NCBI GenBank assembly: GCA_964469735.1
Contig: CAYXYS010000001.1
Location: 1 to 30,074, forward strand
Direction: 5' to 3'
Origin: an uncultured Candidatus Saccharibacteria bacterium
GTDB taxonomy: Bacteria > Patescibacteriota > Minisyncoccia > Minisyncoccales > MHMH01
Length of the DNA stretch: 30,074 bases
Under the pieces are notes generated by a model. It worked only from the letters and a program-made list of their open reading frames with translations, was not told the origin of the DNA and did not search any database. The position numbers and the translations under genes are program-made. Shown one piece after another: positions 26,174 through 30,074 of the stretch (position 1 is its first letter; each line of letters starts with the position of its first letter).

Positions 26174-26601
26174 AAAAATCTGCCGGAGCGATTGTTTTTA
26201 GAAAAGAAGAAGGTAAAATATACTATCTTCTTTTGCATTACCCAGGATTCCGGGGGGACCGGACCCATTGGGATTTTCCAAAAGGGCAGATAGAAAAAGG
26301 GGAGAGTATAGTGGATACCGCCAAAAGGGAGGTCAAAGAAGAAACCGGAATAAGGGAATTGCGCATTTCGCCCGGTTTCAAAGAAACGATGAAGTATTTT
26401 TTTAAATTCAAAGGAAAAAACATAATGAAATTTGTTACTTTCTTTTTGGCCGAAAGCAAAAGAAAATCGGTAAAGCTGTCTTGCGAGCACATCGGTTTCA
26501 AGTGGCTTCCATATGAAGATGCGATAGAGCAATTAACATATAATAATGCCAAAGAAATCCTCAAAAAAGCAGATAGATTCCTTTCAAGAAAGAGTGTATA
26601 A
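26164..26601 (+). CDS. Nudix hydrolase (Ap4A hydrolase-like)
   Basis: SAGAIVF, WDFPKG, Nudix box GQIEKGESIVDTAKREVKEETG, SCEHIGFKW. Confidence 0.9.
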   Translation: MPIEKSAGAIVFRKEEGKIYYLLLHYPGFRGDRTHWDFPKGQIEKGESIVDTAKREVKEETGIRELRISPGFKETMKYFFKFKGKNIMKFVTFFLAESKRKSVKLSCEHIGFKWLPYEDAIEQLTYNNAKEILKKADRFLSRKSV

Positions 26602-26851
26602 AGTAGTGAGGGGTATTCCCAAAGGAGAGGTTATGACTTACCGCCAAGTAGCCAAGCTGGCCGGGAAACCCAGGGCTTGCCGAGCAGTCGGCAACATTTT
26701 GAATAAAAATAAAGATTTAAGGAATATACCTTGCTATCGGGTAATCATGTCCGACGGCAGGGTCGGGAGCTATCGGGGTGGACAAAAGAAAAAAATCGCG
26801 CTACTAAAAAGAGACGGCGTTTCAGTTAAAAACGCCAGAATTGTTCTTTAA
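26546..26851 (+). CDS. MGMT/Ogt family DNA-binding domain protein
   Basis: FQERVYKVVRGIPKGEVMTY, RAVGNIL, IPCYRVI. Confidence 0.85.
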   Translation: MPKKSSKKQIDSFQERVYKVVRGIPKGEVMTYRQVAKLAGKPRACRAVGNILNKNKDLRNIPCYRVIMSDGRVGSYRGGQKKKIALLKRDGVSVKNARIVL

Positions 26852-26874
26852 ATACTAAAAAGAGGAGGCAGAAA

Positions 26875-28218
26875 ATGTCAGGAGTGCTTGGAATTGAGGT
26901 TAATAAGAATTGCTGGAGCGAGATGACGGACGCCATAGGTATTATCCAGCCGAGAGGAGACGAATGGGGCGGATTTGCTGTCATCCAAGGCGATGAAATT
27001 ATCAGGGAGGCCGACAGGGGAAAAATAACGCCTTTTTTGGAAAAGGAAGGGCTGAAATTGAAAGACCCCAAAAAGATTATCGCCCAGGTCAGCCAGTACA
27101 ACCCCCAACCCGCCAGAATTGAAGAAACCAAGATGGGCCCCATTGCTCTGGCCTTTGACGGGAAGATCGCCAACAGGGAAGAGCTCCAGAGAAAATCTCC
27201 CTATTTGGTTGGATCCGATGTTAGTATTTTTGCTAGAATCATTGCTTCCGCAGACAATCCCTTAGAAGGACTGAAGAAAGTCTACCAGAATATCAAAGGC
27301 CCCTTTAGTCTGGTATTGCTGACTATGGAAGGAGTTTTTGCAGCCAGGGATATTTTGGGAGTTAGGCCGATGATCGCAGGCCGTTTTCTCGAAGACGAGA
27401 GAATGGGCTGCGCCGTTGCTTCCGAATCAGCCAGCTTGGAGCACATTGGCATGGAGTTGATCCGGGATATTCGCCCCGGAGAAATAGTTTCCGTGGGAGT
27501 AAACGGTTTTAAAACGTTGGAGCAAATTCCCAGTCCCGGTCTTAAAATTTGCAGTTTCGAATACGGATACTGGGCAAGGCCGTCTTCAATTATGGAAGAC
27601 ATCTGGGTGGGAGAAAGCAGAAATGTCGCCGGCAGGAAGCTGGCTCCGTTTTGCCCCGAAGCCGACATTATTTCCGGCTTTCCCATGTCGGGAAATTCGG
27701 CTGCCGAAGGCCTTCACCAGGCATCTGGGATTCTCTACCAAAGCGTTTTCGATTTTAACCTATCGGCAGGCGGCCGAAGCTTTCTTCCCTTCAAATCTGA
27801 AGAAAGAGCCAAAAGGGCGAGAAACAAGCTTTTGATAATGCCGTGGGCGGTCAAAGGGAAAAAGATAGCGATGGTGGACGATTCAGTGGTCGAGGGCAAC
27901 CAGACTCTGGCCAGGATATTCATAATCAAGAAAGCCGGAGCGGAAGAAGTCCATCTCATGATAGAAACGCCTTTAATCAAGCATCCCTGCCCGTTCGACA
28001 TTACCCGGCGGGGCGAATTGATCGCCGCTACCCATTCTGTCGATGAAATAAGAAAAATACTAGGGGTCAAAACATTGGCCTTCAATGGCGTCGAGGATTT
28101 TGCCGAAGCGATAGTATCGATACAGAACGCCAAGAGAAGAGAAGAAAGTCCCATAAGGATAGAAAATCTCTGCCTCGGCTGCTTTACCGGAGAATGTCCG
28201 CAATACCCCTCTTTTTAA
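26875..28218 (+). CDS. purF: Amidophosphoribosyltransferase (PurF)-like protein with a degenerate glutaminase site
   Basis: RDILGVRP, VASES, IRDIRPGE, CSFEYGY, VDDSVV, PC, LCLGCFTGE; N-terminus is MSGVLG; GAGGAGG SD. Confidence 0.85.
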   Translation: MSGVLGIEVNKNCWSEMTDAIGIIQPRGDEWGGFAVIQGDEIIREADRGKITPFLEKEGLKLKDPKKIIAQVSQYNPQPARIEETKMGPIALAFDGKIANREELQRKSPYLVGSDVSIFARIIASADNPLEGLKKVYQNIKGPFSLVLLTMEGVFAARDILGVRPMIAGRFLEDERMGCAVASESASLEHIGMELIRDIRPGEIVSVGVNGFKTLEQIPSPGLKICSFEYGYWARPSSIMEDIWVGESRNVAGRKLAPFCPEADIISGFPMSGNSAAEGLHQASGILYQSVFDFNLSAGGRSFLPFKSEERAKRARNKLLIMPWAVKGKKIAMVDDSVVEGNQTLARIFIIKKAGAEEVHLMIETPLIKHPCPFDITRRGELIAATHSVDEIRKILGVKTLAFNGVEDFAEAIVSIQNAKRREESPIRIENLCLGCFTGECPQYPSF

Positions 28219-28225
28219 GAAAAAT

Positions 28226-28256
28226 AAAATCTCCATCCTGTAAAGATGGAGATTTT
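28226..28256. terminator. Bidirectional intrinsic terminator
   Basis: AAAATCTCCATC-CTGTAAA-GATGGAGATTTT between convergent purF-like and rplT. Confidence 0.85.
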
Positions 28257-28271
28257 TATTGATGTAAAGTT

Positions 28272-28619
28272 TTATCCTTTTGCTTTTTCCACTATCTTGG
28301 CGAAGATTTCGGGTTTGTTTTCAGCCAAGTTGGCCATTATCTTTCTATCCAGCTCGATTTTGTTTTTCTTTAGGGCGTTGATGAATCTGCTGTAAGAAAT
28401 TCCCTGGGCTCTGCAGGCAGCGTTAATTTTAGTTTGCCAGAGTCGCCTTTTATCCCTCTTTTTGGTTTTTCTATCGCGGTAAGCATATTCCCAGGCGTGG
28501 CGCAGGGCGTCTTTGGCCAATTTGTATTTATTCTTTCTGCCCCACTTAAAACCCTTAGCATGCTTTAAAAGATGCTTTTTATGCTTTTTGGCTTGTTTTC
28601 CTCTTTTTACTCTAACCAT
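28272..28619 (-). CDS. rplT: 50S ribosomal protein L20
   Basis: MVRVKRG, AYRDRK, RRLWQTKINAA, SYSRFI, LDRK. Confidence 0.98.
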   Translation of the reverse strand: MVRVKRGKQAKKHKKHLLKHAKGFKWGRKNKYKLAKDALRHAWEYAYRDRKTKKRDKRRLWQTKINAACRAQGISYSRFINALKKNKIELDRKIMANLAENKPEIFAKIVEKAKG

Positions 28620-28800
28620 GAATTAGCTTTTTTATCTTTTTAGCTTCGACTGCGGGGACCTCTATCCATTTTCTGAGGTTCCTTTTAAACTGCCCGCTTT
28701 TTTTGGAAAGCAGGTGGTCTTGTCCCGTCGGCCTTCGAAGCACTTTGCCGTTCTTTGTTATCTTAAACCTTTTTGTTATCGATTTTCTTGTTTTTCCCAT
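28612..28800 (-). CDS. rpmI: 50S ribosomal protein L35
   Basis: KTRKSITKRFKITKNGKV, H..SKK; lies between infC and rplT. Confidence 0.95.
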   Translation of the reverse strand: MGKTRKSITKRFKITKNGKVLRRPTGQDHLLSKKSGQFKRNLRKWIEVPAVEAKKIKKLIHG

Positions 28801-28803
28801 GAT

Positions 28804-28846
28804 TAATTCAAGATTATATATCTTTTCCTTAGCGAATCAAGGTTCT
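28804..28846 (-). repeat. 43-bp direct repeat, copy upstream of rpmI (promoter TTGATT-N16-TATAAT)
   Basis: TAATTCAAGATTATATATCTTTTCCTTAGCGAATCAAGGTTCT, identical to 29832-29874. Confidence 0.9.
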
Positions 28847-28864
28847 CGCCGATAGGCGAGGTTA

Positions 28865-29368
28865 TTATTTTTTGGAAATAATCATTGACATTCCTCTCGG
28901 CTCTCTCTTCAATTCTCTTTCCACCTTGTGGGGGATAACAGCCTGAAGGATTTCCAGAAACTTATTAACCTTACTTTTAGCGTGGTCTCCCAGGGCTTTT
29001 TCCCTGCCCCTTAATCTGACTTCGATTCTGACTTTGTCGCCTTCTTTCAGGAATTTTTCCGCTTGCCTTGCCCGCATTTGCATGTCGTGTTCGGAAATAT
29101 TAAAACTCAACCTAATCCCTTTTATTTCCCCTCCCTTCGGCCTGGCACCCTTATCTTTCTTTTTCTGCTGGTAGAGGTATTTGCCGTAGTCCATTATTTT
29201 GCATACCGGGGGATCTACTTTTTCGGTTACTTGTATTAAATCTAAATTGCGCTCCCGGGATTTCAAGAGCGCATCTTCCAGCCTCACGACTCCCAGTTGC
29301 TGCCCGGTTTCGTCTATCAGCCTTACCTCTTTAGCCCTTATTTGGTTGTTTATTAATGGTTTTTGCAA
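28865..29368 (-). CDS. infC: Translation initiation factor IF-3 (TTG start)
   Basis: INNQIRAKEVRLID, DPPVCKIMDYGKY, FLKEGDKV, LRGRE; GGAGG-N7-TTG. Confidence 0.97.
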   Translation of the reverse strand: MQKPLINNQIRAKEVRLIDETGQQLGVVRLEDALLKSRERNLDLIQVTEKVDPPVCKIMDYGKYLYQQKKKDKGARPKGGEIKGIRLSFNISEHDMQMRARQAEKFLKEGDKVRIEVRLRGREKALGDHAKSKVNKFLEILQAVIPHKVERELKREPRGMSMIISKK

Positions 29369-29393
29369 ATTGTGGCCTCCGAAAATTACGGTG

Positions 29394-29713
29394 TGGAGAT
29401 GGGGAGTAATGAGCTCCCGTCTGAAAGGTTTTTAAGACAGTTCTACAGGCTTAGTTTGTTTAATGGCTTCGGAAAGATGAATACCAAACAAACAAAATTT
29501 CATTTTTCCTAGCCTCGATTGTTTTACCGGTTCTTTTGAGGCGAAAAGGACCGGCTATCTCGATAATATGGCACCCTTATTACCTATCGAGAGTCGGTAA
29601 TTCGGATGGCTTTAAGCTACTGCTAAAGCGGGTTGTTTGAACATCTTGCCAGATATTCTAAAGTTTGCCTGCCCTGTTTTAAAGAATCCCTCCATCGAAT
29701 CGGGTTCATCCCC
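29394..29713 (-). ncRNA. ssrA: tmRNA (SsrA), tag (A)GKMFKQPALAVA
   Basis: 5' GGGGATGAACCCGATTCGA; 3' GACGGGAG-CTCATTA-CTCCC-CATCTCC-A. The acceptor stem has the G3:U alanine determinant. The tag frame 29650-29612 reads GGC AAG ATG TTC AAA CAA CCC GCT TTA GCA GTA GCT TAA. Adjacent to smpB. Confidence 0.93.
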
Positions 29714-29719
29714 TTGCTA

Positions 29720-29806
29720 AAAATTCCCCCGACCCCCCTGCGCCTTAGACACCTTCGGTTTCTAACGCGAGCAAGGCTCGCTGTTTTTCCAAAACGGGGG
29801 AATTTT
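29720..29806. repeat. 87-bp palindromic element in the ssrA leader
   Basis: AAAATTCCCCCG (29720-29731) pairs with CGGGGGAATTTT (29795-29806); internal hairpin GCGAGC-AAG-GCTCGC. Confidence 0.7.
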
Positions 29807-29831
29807 ATCCTCTGGCCTTCAATTCTCTGTC

Positions 29832-29874
29832 TAATTCAAGATTATATATCTTTTCCTTAGCGAATCAAGGTTCT
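29832..29874 (-). repeat. 43-bp direct repeat, copy upstream of ssrA (promoter TTGATT-N16-TATAAT)
   Basis: Identical to 28804-28846; begins within the smpB stop codon. Confidence 0.9.
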
Positions 29875-30074
29875 ATAAACTGCGCTTGTAGGTTCTTATT
29901 TCTCTGTCTATGTCCCTCTTTTTGAGGATTTCCTTTTTACTGGCTTTTTTCATTCCTCTTGCCACTCCGACTTCCAGCTTTATTTTACCCCCCTTAGTAT
30001 ACATCCTCAAGGGTACCAGAGTCAAGCCTTTCTGCTGGGATTTGCCTATAAGATACTTTATTTCATCTTTATTC
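29873..30074 (-). CDS. smpB: SsrA-binding protein SmpB (3' part; absent from ORF track)
   Basis: Hand translation: NKDEIKYLIGKSQQKGLTLVPLRMYTKGGKIKLEVGVARGMKKASKKEILKKRDIDREIRTYKRSL*. Confidence 0.93.
   Translation of the reverse strand, partial: NKDEIKYLIGKSQQKGLTLVPLRMYTKGGKIKLEVGVARGMKKASKKEILKKRDIDREIRTYKRSL

Noticed and set aside
29633-29860. 75-aa plus-strand ORF, and ORF 29199-29435
   Set aside because: They are antisense to tmRNA, its leader and infC, with no coding evidence.
1-30074. CRISPR array, rRNA, intact transposase or integrase, known defence system
   Set aside because: No regularly spaced repeats or diagnostic motifs were found by eye.
1-30074. Stop-codon reassignment (code 25/4 as in some CPR lineages)
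   Set aside because: Conserved genes are full-length under code 11, and TGA ends uvrB and EndoQ at the expected C-termini.

Overview
This window looks like part of a small-genome bacterium of the Patescibacteria/CPR (Parcubacteria-like) type. That assignment is an inference from gene content, the compact overlapping ORFs and the families present; standard code 11 fits. In order it carries: a partial B12-binding radical SAM gene missed by the ORF track, uvrB, ruvA, murE-like, archease-rtcB, NIF3-like, DUF763, elp3 head-to-head with a Trm9/ALKBH8-like methyltransferase, tRNA-Arg(CCG), a LOG/SLOG protein, small conserved and membrane proteins, CaCA and aromatic amino-acid transporters, EndoQ, Mth938-like, AmmeMemoRadiSam B, hydrolase, methyltransferase and secreted-protein genes, polX, Nudix, MGMT-like, a degenerate purF-like gene, and smpB-ssrA(tmRNA)-infC-rpmI-rplT on the minus strand. 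Main leads: (1) an Elp3 + Trm9-like pair whose start codons overlap, suggesting a eukaryote/archaea-style mcm5U34 tRNA wobble pathway in a bacterium; (2) several palindromic or MITE-like elements, one in-frame inside elp3 and one with inverted ends and a 6-bp direct repeat that supplies a gene's start codon; (3) an exact 43-bp promoter duplication flanking ssrA-infC; (4) a recurrent leaderless-mRNA signature; (5) a PurF homolog with Cys1 replaced by Ser. All family calls come from motif recognition by eye. No database searches were run.
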